From NCBI GenBank assembly GCA_041628355.1, contig JBFKPJ010000001.1:13909-77908 (forward strand): a stretch of DNA of 64,000 nt, written 5' to 3'. Positions 40,189-50,900 of the stretch are shown one piece after another. Within the stretch, counting starts at the first letter, position 1; each line of letters opens with the position of its first letter. The DNA is from Muriicola sp. Its GTDB lineage: Bacteria; Bacteroidota; Bacteroidia; Flavobacteriales; Flavobacteriaceae. The position numbers and the translations under genes are program-made. The notes under the pieces were generated by a model. That model was not told the DNA's origin, did not search any database, and worked only from the letters and a program-made list of their open reading frames with translations.

Positions 40189-41027
40189 TGGCGCGAAAGA
40201 AGAAGGATCCCAATGAAATGTCGTTCCTAGACCACCTGGAGGAACTGAGATGGCACCTGATCCGTTCCACCACGGCTGTGGTCATTGTCGGGCTGGTGGC
40301 CTTTCTGATGAAGGACTTCATATTTGACACGGTGATCTTCGGGCCCAAAAAACCCGATTTTCCCACCTATGGGGTCTTCTGCAAGCTTTCCAAGATGCTG
40401 GGCTTCAGTGAGGCTTTCTGCAGCAACGAACCTCTTTTCCGGATTCAGAGCCGGGTGATGGCGGGCCAGTTCTCTGCTCATATCTGGACCTCCATCTGGG
40501 CAGGATTCATCCTGGCCTTTCCCTATATCCTGTATGAGATGTGGCGATTTATAAGTCCGGGTCTCTATGAAAATGAGCGAAAGAGTTCCAGGGGATTCAT
40601 CTTTGTGGCTTCCCTTCTGTTCTTTATGGGTGTACTGTTCGGGTATTACGTGGTAGCCCCCCTGTCCATCAACTTCCTGGGGAGCTATACGGTAAGTCCG
40701 GAGGTGTACAACGACATCGATCTGAGTTCTTACATTTCTACGGTACGGGCTGCAGTGATCGCATGCGGACTCATCTTTGAACTGCCCATCATCATCTATT
40801 TCCTGACCAAAGTAGGACTCGTTACGCCCGAGATCCTGAAAAAATACCGGAAGATAGCCCTGGTGATCGTGCTGATCATTTCGGCCGTCATCACCCCTCC
40901 CGATGTGGCCAGTCAGATCATCGTGGCCATACCCGTGCTCATCCTCTACCAGGCCAGTATCTATATCTCGGCCTATGTGTTGAAACGGGAAGCCAAAAAA
41001 GCAAAGAAATATGCCAAATCAAGTTGA
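40188..41027 (+). CDS. tatC: Twin-arginine translocase subunit TatC
   Basis: MSFLDHLEELRWHL, FISPGLYENE, ITPPD. Confidence 0.96.
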   Translation: MARKKKDPNEMSFLDHLEELRWHLIRSTTAVVIVGLVAFLMKDFIFDTVIFGPKKPDFPTYGVFCKLSKMLGFSEAFCSNEPLFRIQSRVMAGQFSAHIWTSIWAGFILAFPYILYEMWRFISPGLYENERKSSRGFIFVASLLFFMGVLFGYYVVAPLSINFLGSYTVSPEVYNDIDLSSYISTVRAAVIACGLIFELPIIIYFLTKVGLVTPEILKKYRKIALVIVLIISAVITPPDVASQIIVAIPVLILYQASIYISAYVLKREAKKAKKYAKSS

Positions 41028-41361
41028 CGAATTCAATGCGTATCGCTCCAGGATGAATGAGAAACTTCTGGGGGCGAACAACAAGCTTATCAAGCGGATC
41101 TTTAACCTGGACACCAATGCCTATGCGGAAGGAGCCCTGGACGTGAAGACCAAGGAGCTGTTGGGCCTGGTCGCTTCGGCCGTACTGAGGTGTGACGACT
41201 GTGTGAAATACCACCTGGAGAGCGCGCGAAAAGCAGGGGCCCGAACCGAAGAGGTCATGGAGACCCTCGGCATCGCAACCCTGGTAGGAGGCACCATCGT
41301 GGTTCCCCACCTCAGGCGGGCTTACGAATTCTGGGAGGCCCTGGAGGAACAGGAAGGTTAA
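41011..41361 (+). CDS. Carboxymuconolactone decarboxylase / AhpD family protein
   Basis: GALDVKTKEL...LRCDDCVKYH. Confidence 0.9.
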   Translation: MPNQVDEFNAYRSRMNEKLLGANNKLIKRIFNLDTNAYAEGALDVKTKELLGLVASAVLRCDDCVKYHLESARKAGARTEEVMETLGIATLVGGTIVVPHLRRAYEFWEALEEQEG

Positions 41362-41414
41362 AAAAAACGTAATTCCTTTCCCCTCCCTTCATAATACCTT
41401 AGTTTTGGACCGAA

Positions 41415-42155
41415 ATGAAACTTAGAGCCGAAAATATCATGAAGGCCTACCGAGGCCGAAAAGTGGTCAAAGGGATCTCCCTGGAAGTGAACCAGGGCGA
41501 GATCGTGGGACTGCTGGGGCCTAACGGAGCCGGTAAAACCACCTGTTTCTACATGATCGTCGGTCTGATCAAGCCCAACGGGGGCAGGATCTTCCTGGAC
41601 AATACGGAGATCACAAAATTCCCCATGTACAAGAGGGCCCAGAACGGGATCGGCTACCTGGCGCAGGAAGCATCCGTGTTCAGGAAACTCAGCATAGAAA
41701 AGAACATTCTCAGTGTACTCCAGCTCACCAAGCTCAGCAAAAAGGAACAGCACATGAAAATGGAGCAGCTCATCGAGGAGTTCGGACTGGGTCATATCCG
41801 CAAGAACAGGGGGGACCTACTTTCAGGTGGGGAACGAAGGCGGACGGAGATCGCCAGGGCCCTGGCCACAGACCCTAAATTCATCTTGCTGGATGAACCC
41901 TTTGCTGGGGTAGACCCCATTGCCGTGGAGGACATCCAGCGGATCGTCGCCCAGCTTAAGGACAAGAATATCGGCATTTTGATCACAGACCACAACGTAC
42001 AGGAGACCCTTGCCATCACGGAGCGTTCCTACCTTATGTTCGAAGGAGGCATCCTTAAATCAGGGGTTCCCGAGGTGCTGGCAGAGGATGAAATGGTCCG
42101 GAAGGTCTACCTCGGGCAGAACTTCGAACTCCGCAAGAAAAAACTTCAATACTAG
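41415..42155 (+). CDS. lptB: LPS export ABC ATPase LptB
   Basis: [44 protein letters not shown]. Confidence 0.96.
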   Translation: MKLRAENIMKAYRGRKVVKGISLEVNQGEIVGLLGPNGAGKTTCFYMIVGLIKPNGGRIFLDNTEITKFPMYKRAQNGIGYLAQEASVFRKLSIEKNILSVLQLTKLSKKEQHMKMEQLIEEFGLGHIRKNRGDLLSGGERRRTEIARALATDPKFILLDEPFAGVDPIAVEDIQRIVAQLKDKNIGILITDHNVQETLAITERSYLMFEGGILKSGVPEVLAEDEMVRKVYLGQNFELRKKKLQY

Positions 42156-42181
42156 GATCCGGCCTGACTATTAAGACTGTT

Positions 42182-42937
42182 TCAATCAGTTGAGGTCTTC
42201 TCAGAAACCCTGAAGAAAAAGAGGGAAATCAGCAGATAGATCAGAATGATCATGGGAACACTCAGGAACTTCATCGTCCCGATGCAGATCAGGCTTACAA
42301 AGAGAAAAATATAGCGAAGGGCATTGTCCCTGAATCCCCAGTTCTTGAATTTCAGGGAGAACAGGGCTATGGGCGCATTGAGCAAATAACTGCTCAGGGC
42401 TGTCTGGGCGATCAGGAACCAGGGGTTGAGGATGATGCGGTTCAGGGCATCACTCCCGTTGAACAGCAGGATCATCGGCAGGGATACGACCAGCAGGGCG
42501 TTGGCGGGCGTTGGCAGACCTATAAAGGAGGTCGCTTGCCTTTCGTCTATGTTAAACCTCGCCAGTCTGTAAGCAGAGGCCAGGGTAATGGCAAAACCAA
42601 AGTAGGGAAGAACAGAGGAGAGGGGTAAGGTCCCTGCTCCCGCATCCGGCAGTACGCCCCGGGAAACCCCGAAACTCATCCCGATAAGCTGGTACATCAC
42701 GATCCCCGGCACCAGGCCGAAGGTGACCATATCGGCCAGGGAATCCAATTGCAGCCCGAGCTTGCTCTCTACCTTCAACGCCCTGGCGCTCATCCCGTCC
42801 AGAAAATCAAAGATCAGGCCTGCCAGGACCAGTAATGCCATGACCTCCCAATCATTTTTCAGGGCAAAAACGACGGCCAGGGAACCGGACAGCACGTTCA
42901 ATAATGTCAGGAAATTAGGGATGTATTTTTTCACCAA
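42182..42937 (-). CDS. pssA: CDP-alcohol phosphatidyltransferase (phosphatidylserine synthase-like)
   Basis: DFLDGMSAR...GLQLDSLADMVTFG, RLARFN, FIGLPTP. Confidence 0.85.
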   Translation of the reverse strand: MVKKYIPNFLTLLNVLSGSLAVVFALKNDWEVMALLVLAGLIFDFLDGMSARALKVESKLGLQLDSLADMVTFGLVPGIVMYQLIGMSFGVSRGVLPDAGAGTLPLSSVLPYFGFAITLASAYRLARFNIDERQATSFIGLPTPANALLVVSLPMILLFNGSDALNRIILNPWFLIAQTALSSYLLNAPIALFSLKFKNWGFRDNALRYIFLFVSLICIGTMKFLSVPMIILIYLLISLFFFRVSEKTSTD

Positions 42938-43047
42938 TGGGATCTTTCCCGCTAAAATAGTATAATTTTTATGTATGCTGTTTTCTCACATTTTTTATTC
43001 AGATATTTGCCGGATACCGGCGTTTGCCCAATAGCAGCCTATTCCTG

Positions 43048-44235
43048 ATGACACTAAAACAGTCCATCTTTTTCCTCTTTTTGTTCTTTGTACTTCCCCT
43101 GAGGCCACAGGCAGAGCCCCTGTCTGACAAAGCAGTGATCAGCGTGATCACCTGCGGACCCGGGACAGAATTGTACTCCTCATTCGGGCACAGTGCATTC
43201 AGGGTTCAGGACAGGGAGAAGTCCATAGACTGGATCTTCAATTACGGCACCTTCAATTTCAACACCCCTAACTTCTACGGCAAATTTGCCAGGGGAAAAC
43301 TGCTGTATTCCCTCAGCAAGCAGCGCTTTGAGAACTTCCTTTACGCCTATGAGCTGGAGAACCGCTGGGTAAAGGAGCAGATCCTGGACATCTCCCCCCG
43401 GGAAAGAAACGAGATCTTCGCCTTCCTGGAGGACAATTACAAACCCCAGAACAGGGATTACAAATACGATTTCCTGCTGGAAAACTGCTCCACGAAGATC
43501 CCGGAAGTACTTCAGGAGGTCCTGGGGAATGAGATCATCTTTACCAATTATTTACAGGACAGTCATAAGACCTTCAGAGACCTCATACAGGAAAATCTCA
43601 CCTGGAATTCCTGGTCGAGTTTTGGGATAGACCTGGCCCTGGGAGCAGTGATCGATCGGGAAGCCGATTTCAAGCAATACATGTTCCTGCCCAATTATGT
43701 TTTTTCACAACTGGAGCATACCCAGGTAGATGAAAAGCCTCTTGTGTCGCGTGTGAGGACCATCCTGGACTACAACCTCCAGGATCGCGGTAACTACTTT
43801 ACCTCCTCCCCCCTCTTTTGGCTGGGCCTGCTGTTTCTTTTCACCTCGACCATTACGTATATCGATCTCAGGAATAAAGTCAGAAGCAGGGTGCTGGATG
43901 TCATCATTTTCCTCCTGACCGGCCTGGCAGGATGCCTGATCTTCTTTCTCTGGTTCTTCACCGACCATACGGCCACAGCCCTGAACCTGAATGTCCTTTG
44001 GGCCTTTCCCTTTAACCTGTTTATGGTGTATTTCCTGGTAAAATATAAAAATTTGCCCCCCTGGGCGACTCCCTATCTCACCCTGCTGTTGATCCTTCTG
44101 GGCGTTACAGGACTTATCTGGATCTTCGGCATTCAGATCTTTTCCCCTGTGGTGGGGGTCTTGCTCCTCACCCTGGGACTGAGATTCGGCTTCCTCCTCT
44201 ACCACGTCAAAAAAATCGAACCTGCACCGCTATGA
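43048..44235 (+). CDS. DUF4105 protein (Lnb-like lipoprotein N-acyltransferase candidate)
   Basis: TCGPG.ELYSSFGHSA, FNYGTF, YKYDFLLENCST, then C-terminal TM helices. Confidence 0.8.
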   Translation: MTLKQSIFFLFLFFVLPLRPQAEPLSDKAVISVITCGPGTELYSSFGHSAFRVQDREKSIDWIFNYGTFNFNTPNFYGKFARGKLLYSLSKQRFENFLYAYELENRWVKEQILDISPRERNEIFAFLEDNYKPQNRDYKYDFLLENCSTKIPEVLQEVLGNEIIFTNYLQDSHKTFRDLIQENLTWNSWSSFGIDLALGAVIDREADFKQYMFLPNYVFSQLEHTQVDEKPLVSRVRTILDYNLQDRGNYFTSSPLFWLGLLFLFTSTITYIDLRNKVRSRVLDVIIFLLTGLAGCLIFFLWFFTDHTATALNLNVLWAFPFNLFMVYFLVKYKNLPPWATPYLTLLLILLGVTGLIWIFGIQIFSPVVGVLLLTLGLRFGFLLYHVKKIEPAPL

Positions 44236-46115
44236 ACCTCGTCTCCGTTGAAGGGATCTCGAAGGCCTACGGGGAGCGTGTCCTTTTTTCCGAACTCTCC
44301 TTTGGGATCAATGCGGGCCAGAAGATCGCCCTGATCGCCCAAAACGGTACCGGCAAAACCTCCATCCTGAATATACTGTCAGGAAAGGACCGGCCGGACG
44401 CAGGGATGGTCAATACGCGGAAAGGGTTACGGATCTCCTACCTGGAACAGGAACCCGACCTCGATGGCGGGATCACCCTGGAGGAGACCGTTTTCAGATC
44501 AGACAACGATATCCTGAAGGTCATCAGGAATTACGAAATGGCCCTGCAACACCCCGAGGATCAGAAGCGATATCAAAAGGCCTTTGAGGCCATGGAACGC
44601 CACAACGCCTGGGATTTCGAAACCCAGTACAAACAGATCCTCTTTAAATTACAGCTCACGGACCTGCAAGCCAAAGTGGAAACCCTCTCAGGGGGGCAGA
44701 AAAAGAGGCTTGCCCTCGCCCATGCCCTGCTGAACAAACCGGACCTGCTTATCCTGGACGAGCCCACGAACCACCTCGACCTGGAAATGATCGAATGGCT
44801 GGAAAATTATTTTGCCCGGGAGAGCATTACGCTGTTCATGGTGACTCACGACAGGTATTTTCTCGAAAGGGTGTGCGATGAGATCCTGGAACTGGACCAG
44901 GGCCAGTTGTATTCCTACAAGGGCAACTACAGCTATTTCCTCGAAAAAAAGGAAGCTCGTGAAATGCTCAGCGCCGTTGAGCAGCACAAATCGAGGCAAC
45001 TCTTTAAGAAGGAACTCGAATGGATGCGGAGGCAGCCCAAGGCCCGGACGACCAAGTCCAAATCCCGAATAGACGACTTCCATGAGATCAAGAGCAAGGC
45101 CCTGCAAAGGAGGAAGGACCACCAGGTGCAGCTGGAGATCAACATGGAACGCCTGGGCAGCAAGATCCTGGAATTTCACAATGTCGTAAAAGCGTTTCCG
45201 GATACGCCCATCCTGAATAAGTTCAGCTATTCCTTTGTAAAAGGGGAACGCCTGGGCATCATAGGGAAGAACGGCACCGGCAAGACCACCTTCCTCAACC
45301 TGCTGACCGGAACAGGAGTTCCCGACGGGGGGAAGATCACCACGGGAGAGACGGTCAAGTTCGGGTATTATACCCAGGAAGGGATCCAGGTGAAAGCAGG
45401 GCAAAAAGTGATCGATGTGATCCGCGAGACAGCGGAGTACATCCCCTTGAAGAAAGGCAGGCAACTTTCGGCCCAGCAGCTGCTGGAACGTTTTCTGTTC
45501 GACAGGAAAAAGCAGTACGATTTTGTGGAAAAACTCAGCGGGGGGGAGAAAAAACGACTGTATTTATGCACGGTCTTGATCAAGAACCCGAATTTCCTGA
45601 TCCTGGATGAACCCACGAACGACCTGGATGTTGTTACCCTCAATGTCCTGGAGTCCTTTTTGCTGGATTATCCCGGCTGTCTGGTAGTGGTTTCACACGA
45701 TCGTTATTTTATGGACAAGATCGTAGACCACCTTTTTGTATTCAGGGGGGATGGGGTGATCGAGGATTTCCCTGGAAATTATTCCGATTTCAGGGTATAT
45801 GAAGACAGTTCTTCAAAGAATAGAAGGGAAGACAAAGGGGAAGAGGAGGTAAAATCCCCCTTAGAAAAGAACCACTGGAGGGAGGAAGGAAAACGAAGCG
45901 GGCTCTCCTATGCCGAACAAAAGGAATTCAAGCAGCTGGAAAGGGAGATCCAAACATTGGAAACTCGGAAAAAAGAAATTCAGGATGCCTTCCTCAATCC
46001 CGAGATCACTCCGGAAGAGATCGCCCGCCTGTCTAAGTCGCTACAGGAAACGGAGGAGCTGATCGACCAAAAGACGGAGCGCTGGTTCGAGATCTCGGTT
46101 CAGGCCGAAAAGTAA
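44232..46115 (+). CDS. ABC-F family ATPase (Uup-like)
   Basis: Two ABC domains with LDEPTN, KARTTKSKSR linker, C-terminal coiled coil, no TM segments. Confidence 0.93.
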   Translation: MNLVSVEGISKAYGERVLFSELSFGINAGQKIALIAQNGTGKTSILNILSGKDRPDAGMVNTRKGLRISYLEQEPDLDGGITLEETVFRSDNDILKVIRNYEMALQHPEDQKRYQKAFEAMERHNAWDFETQYKQILFKLQLTDLQAKVETLSGGQKKRLALAHALLNKPDLLILDEPTNHLDLEMIEWLENYFARESITLFMVTHDRYFLERVCDEILELDQGQLYSYKGNYSYFLEKKEAREMLSAVEQHKSRQLFKKELEWMRRQPKARTTKSKSRIDDFHEIKSKALQRRKDHQVQLEINMERLGSKILEFHNVVKAFPDTPILNKFSYSFVKGERLGIIGKNGTGKTTFLNLLTGTGVPDGGKITTGETVKFGYYTQEGIQVKAGQKVIDVIRETAEYIPLKKGRQLSAQQLLERFLFDRKKQYDFVEKLSGGEKKRLYLCTVLIKNPNFLILDEPTNDLDVVTLNVLESFLLDYPGCLVVVSHDRYFMDKIVDHLFVFRGDGVIEDFPGNYSDFRVYEDSSSKNRREDKGEEEVKSPLEKNHWREEGKRSGLSYAEQKEFKQLEREIQTLETRKKEIQDAFLNPEITPEEIARLSKSLQETEELIDQKTERWFEISVQAEK

Positions 46116-46142
46116 AGAATTCATCAAGAAAAGTGATCAAAA

Positions 46143-46643
46143 ATGTTTCGATTCTGGTCCTATCTCAGATTCCTCTTCAGGTCTACCAACCAACATGGGG
46201 TCCACTCCCCCTTCGTGTTTGGATACCTGACCCGCTGCCTTTACCAAAAAGGTACAGCTCAAAAGAAGAGATCACACAAAATAGTCCTGAGGAGCATTCC
46301 CTATTTCGACCTCCGATCCATAGCGATCCTGGGAGAAGACCATGACCTCAGCAGCCTGCTGAGAAAAACGTATCCTGAACTCACCTTTGACCGCCCTCCT
46401 TACGACCTCGTTCTGATCCGGGAGGAAATGCTCTGCCGTATCGATCTCACTGCGATCCTGTCTGATTGCCATAATGACAGTATGATCCTGCTGGAGGGGA
46501 TCCACAGGACGCGAAAAGCGCGATTGGTCTGGGAGTCGCTCTCCGGGGATCCCCGGATCACGGTATCCATCGATTATTTCTTCGGGGGACTGCTCTTCCC
46601 CAGGGAGGAACAGGCGAAGCAACATTTCCGGATTAGGATATAA
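46143..46643 (+). CDS. Hypothetical protein resembling a shortened class I SAM methyltransferase family member
   Basis: N-terminal STNQHGVHSPFVF and C-terminal IH...W...TVSID...G...REEQAKQHF, with a short middle. Confidence 0.65.
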   Translation: MFRFWSYLRFLFRSTNQHGVHSPFVFGYLTRCLYQKGTAQKKRSHKIVLRSIPYFDLRSIAILGEDHDLSSLLRKTYPELTFDRPPYDLVLIREEMLCRIDLTAILSDCHNDSMILLEGIHRTRKARLVWESLSGDPRITVSIDYFFGGLLFPREEQAKQHFRIRI

Positions 46644-46671
46644 AGGCTTAATTTTACGGGAATTCAGGGTT

Positions 46672-46812
46672 ATGGATAACACGATCTATTACGTTTTAGG
46701 TGCGGTGGCCGTCATTTATGTCGCCCTTTCCGTCTTTAACCGAAAGAGGTCCAAAGAACGGAGGTCGCGCAAGTTCATGGACGGCTATGAACGCAAAAAG
46801 AGAAAGGAGTAA
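46672..46812 (+). CDS. Small single-pass membrane protein, 46 aa (not in ORF track)
   Basis: MDNTIYYVLGAVAVIYVALSVFNRKRSKERRSRKFMDGYERKKRKE*; fills the gap between two co-directional genes. Confidence 0.65.
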   Translation: MDNTIYYVLGAVAVIYVALSVFNRKRSKERRSRKFMDGYERKKRKE

Positions 46813-46830
46813 AACTTCCTCAAATACACT

Positions 46831-47406
46831 ATGAAGATTTACACTAGAACAGGAGACGAGGGTACGACCGCCCTTTTCGGCGGGACCCGTGTCCCGAAAC
46901 ACCATATTCGCATACAGAGTTACGGAACGGTAGACGAACTGAATTCCTGGCTGGGACTCGTCCGGGACCAAAAGGTCCACTCTTCTTATAAAGAGGTCCT
47001 GATGAAAGTTCAGAAAGACCTCTTCACCATTGGGGCCATCCTGGCGACGGATCCCGAAAAAGCCATCATGAAAAGCGGGAAGGAACGGCTGAACATCCCT
47101 AAGATCAGTTCGGAAGATATCGTATTCCTTGAAAAGGAAATGGACCGGATGGAAGAATCCCTGCCCCCCATGACACACTTCATCCTCCCCGGCGGGCACC
47201 CTGCCGTGTCATACTGTCATATCGCCAGGACGGTCTGCCGCAGGGCAGAGCGCATGGCCTGCCTTTTACACGAGCACCAGCCTTTTGACCCCGAGGTTCT
47301 GTCCTATATGAACCGGTTATCGGACTACCTCTTCGTCCTTGGCAGGGCGATCTCCCACGACCTTGGAGGGGAGGAAATAAAATGGATTCCCGATAAAAAA
47401 GGCTAA
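46831..47406 (+). CDS. ATP:cob(I)alamin adenosyltransferase, PduO type
   Basis: MKIYTRTGDEGTT, YGTVDELNS, FILPGG, ARTVCRRAER, NRLSDYLF. Confidence 0.95.
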   Translation: MKIYTRTGDEGTTALFGGTRVPKHHIRIQSYGTVDELNSWLGLVRDQKVHSSYKEVLMKVQKDLFTIGAILATDPEKAIMKSGKERLNIPKISSEDIVFLEKEMDRMEESLPPMTHFILPGGHPAVSYCHIARTVCRRAERMACLLHEHQPFDPEVLSYMNRLSDYLFVLGRAISHDLGGEEIKWIPDKKG

Positions 47407-47542
47407 TAATTTGCTTTTTTGGACGTTATGTCTGTAGCAAAATTGAGTTTTTTGAAAAAATAGTGTAAATAAACCTCGAAAAACTTGACTGTCTGGGTTT
47501 AAAAATTATTTTTGCAAAAATTTCAAAATAATACTTTTTACC

Positions 47543-47767
47543 ATGTATTGGACCTTAGAACTGGCATCCTACCTCAGCGATGCACCCTGGCCGGCCACTA
47601 AAGATGAACTGATCGATTACGCGATCAGGACAGGAGCACCCCTTGAAGTGGTGGAAAACCTTCAGTCCATGGAAGAAGAAGGAGGAGAAATCTATGAGAG
47701 CATAGAAGAGATCTGGCCTGACTACCCCACTGAAGAGGACTACCTCTGGAACGAAGATGAATATTAA
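47543..47767 (+). CDS. DUF2795 domain protein
   Basis: MYWTLELASYLSDAPWPATKDELIDYAIR, the highly conserved Bacteroidetes small protein found upstream of secA. Confidence 0.9.
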   Translation: MYWTLELASYLSDAPWPATKDELIDYAIRTGAPLEVVENLQSMEEEGGEIYESIEEIWPDYPTEEDYLWNEDEY

Positions 47768-47787
47768 CGGAATCGTCAAATAGCTAT

Positions 47788-47815
47788 AAAAAGTCTCTTC
47801 GGAGGCTTTTTTTTT
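47788..47815 (+). terminator. Intrinsic terminator
   Basis: AAAAAGTCTC-TTCG-GAGGCTTTTTTTTT. Confidence 0.88.
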
Positions 47816-47973
47816 ATGTAATTTTGACAGACTTGTAACTGAATTACCGTGTGTGGTAAAAGTGGAACGGCTTTTGACTGTTCAATGTTCGTGAATTACG
47901 GAAAAAAATCGATTTAAATTGCATTCCTGCCCATACCACCGCCTCAGACAGGGATGTGGAAAACAAGAATTCC

Positions 47974-50900
47974 ATGAGTTTATTAAATAGTGTATTAAAG
48001 GTCTTTGTCGGCGATAAATCAAAACGCGACGTCAGGGAAATGCAGCCATTGGTTGAAAAGATCAACTCCTATGGGGACCAGTTCCTGGCATTGACCCATG
48101 ATGAATTAAGGGCCAAAACAACCCACTTCAAATCTGTGATCGCAGAGGCATGTGCCTCCCTCAATGAGCAGATCGAAAAACTGAAGGCCGAGGTGAACGA
48201 GTCGACAGACATTGACCGGAATGAGGAATTGTACGCCGAGATCGACAAGCTGGAAGAAGAAGCCTACAAGGTAACACAGGACACCCTGGACAGTCTGCTC
48301 CCTGAGGCGTTTGCCGTGATCAAGGAGACCGCCAGGAGGTTCAAGGAAAATGAGACCCTGGAGGTGAGTGCGACGGAAAATGACAGGATATTGTCCGGAT
48401 CCAGGGACTACGTGAGCCTCGAAGGCGATAAGGCCATTTGGAAGAACTCCTGGGACGCAGCCGGGAAGGAGGTCACCTGGGATATGGTGCACTACGACGT
48501 ACAGCTGATAGGGGGCATTGCCCTACATCAGGGAAAAGTGGCCGAAATGCAGACAGGGGAAGGAAAGACCCTTGTGGCTACCCTGCCCCTCTACCTCAAC
48601 GCCCTTCCCGGAAAGGGAACCCACCTGGTGACCGTGAACGATTACCTGGCCAAGAGGGACAGCACCTGGATGGGACCCATTTTTGAATTCCACGGCCTTA
48701 CCGTGGACTGTATTGATAAGCACAGGCCCAATTCGGACGGAAGAAGGGCCGCCTACAACGCGGATGTCACCTATGGTACCAATAACGAATTCGGGTTCGA
48801 CTACCTAAGGGATAACATGGCCCACACTCCGGGCGACCTCGTACAACGGCCGCATTACTACGCGATCGTGGATGAGGTGGATTCCGTGCTTATCGATGAC
48901 GCGCGTACGCCATTGATCATCTCCGGGCCGGTGCCGGAAGGGGACCGACACGAATTCAATGAGCTCAAGCCCAAAGTGGTGGATATCGTTGAAAAACAGC
49001 GAAAACACCTAACAGCTGTCCTGGCCGAAGCCAAGAAGAAGATAGCCGAAGGGGACACCAAGGAAGGTGGACTCCTGTTGCTAAGGGTACACCGGGGTCT
49101 GCCCAAGAACAAAGCCCTGATCAAATACCTCAGTGAGGAGGGGATCAAACAGCTGCTGCAGAAGACCGAAAATTTCTACATGCAGGACAACAACAGGGAG
49201 ATGCCGGTGGTAGACTCCGAATTGCTGTTCGTCATCGATGAGAAGAACAACCAGATCGAACTGACAGACCGGGGCATAGAATACATTTCCGGGGACCAGG
49301 CGAAGGACTTTTTCGTCATGCCGGACATCGGAAGTGAGATCGCCAGGATCGAGAACCAGGACCTGGAGATCGAGGAGGAAGCCAAGCTCAAGGAAGAGCT
49401 TTTCAAGGATTTTGCCGTGAAGAGTGAACGCATCCACACCATGAGTCAGCTGCTGAAAGCCTACACCCTGTTCGAAAAGGACGTGGAATATGTGGTCATG
49501 GAAAACAAGGTGATGATCGTGGATGAGCAGACGGGAAGGATCATGGATGGCCGCCGCTATTCAGATGGATTGCACCAGGCCATCGAGGCCAAGGAAAACG
49601 TGAAGATAGAGGCCATGACCCAGACCTTCGCCACCATCACCCTGCAGAATTATTTCCGCATGTACAACAAGCTGGCGGGGATGACCGGAACCGCGGTGAC
49701 TGAAGCCGGCGAGCTATGGGAGATCTACAAGCTGGACGTGGTCGAGATCCCCACCAACAAACCCATCGCCCGTGACGACCGCAACGATCTGATCTACAAG
49801 ACCAAGCGCGAAAAATACAACGCCATCATAGAGGAGGTTAGTCAGCTCTCCGAACAGGGCAGACCCGTCCTGATCGGTACTACCTCGGTGGAGATCTCAG
49901 AATTGCTCTCCAGGATGTTGAATATCAGGAAGGTACCCCATAACGTCCTGAATGCGAAATTGCACAAGAAAGAAGCCGATATCGTGGCCGAAGCCGGGAA
50001 AGCGGGTGTGGTAACCATTGCGACCAACATGGCCGGTAGGGGTACGGACATCAAACTCTCTGAGGAGGTAAAAGCCGCAGGTGGTCTCGCGATCATAGGT
50101 ACAGAGCGGCACGACTCGAGACGGGTAGACCGGCAGCTCAGAGGAAGGTCCGGAAGGCAGGGTGATCCGGGGAGTTCACAGTTTTACGTGTCCCTCGAAG
50201 ACAACCTGATGCGCCTTTTTGGCTCGGAGCGGGTGGCCAAGATGATGGACCGTATGGGACTGGAAGAAGGAGAGGTCATACAGCATTCCATGATGACCAA
50301 GTCCATTGAACGGGCCCAGAAAAAAGTGGAAGAGAACAACTTCGGTATCAGGAAGCGCCTTCTGGAATATGACGATGTGATGAATGCGCAGCGGGAGGTG
50401 GTCTACAAGAGGAGGAGGCACGCCCTCGAAGGTGACCGACTGAAAGTAGATATCGCCAACATGATCTACGACACCTGCGAAGTGATCTCAGAGGTAAATA
50501 AAGAAGCTAATGACTACAAGAATTTTGAATTTGAACTGATCAAATACTTCTCGACCACTTCCCCCATCACCGAAGCAGAGTTTGCCAAGCTCAGCTACCC
50601 GGAGATCAGTAACAGGATCTATTCCGAGGTCTACGACCACTACCGGGAAAAAATGGAACGCAGCGCCGCTGTGGCCTACCCCGTGATCAAGAAGGTGTAC
50701 GAGGACAACGCGAATTCCTACGAGCGAATCGTAGTTCCCTTTACAGATGGGATCAAGACCCTCAATGTGGTCACGGACCTGAAGAGGGCCTATGAGAGCA
50801 ACGGAAAACAACTGATCACAGATTTCGAGAAGAACATCACCCTCGCGATCATAGATGAGGCCTGGAAGACCCATCTTCGCAAGATGGATGAGTTGAAACA

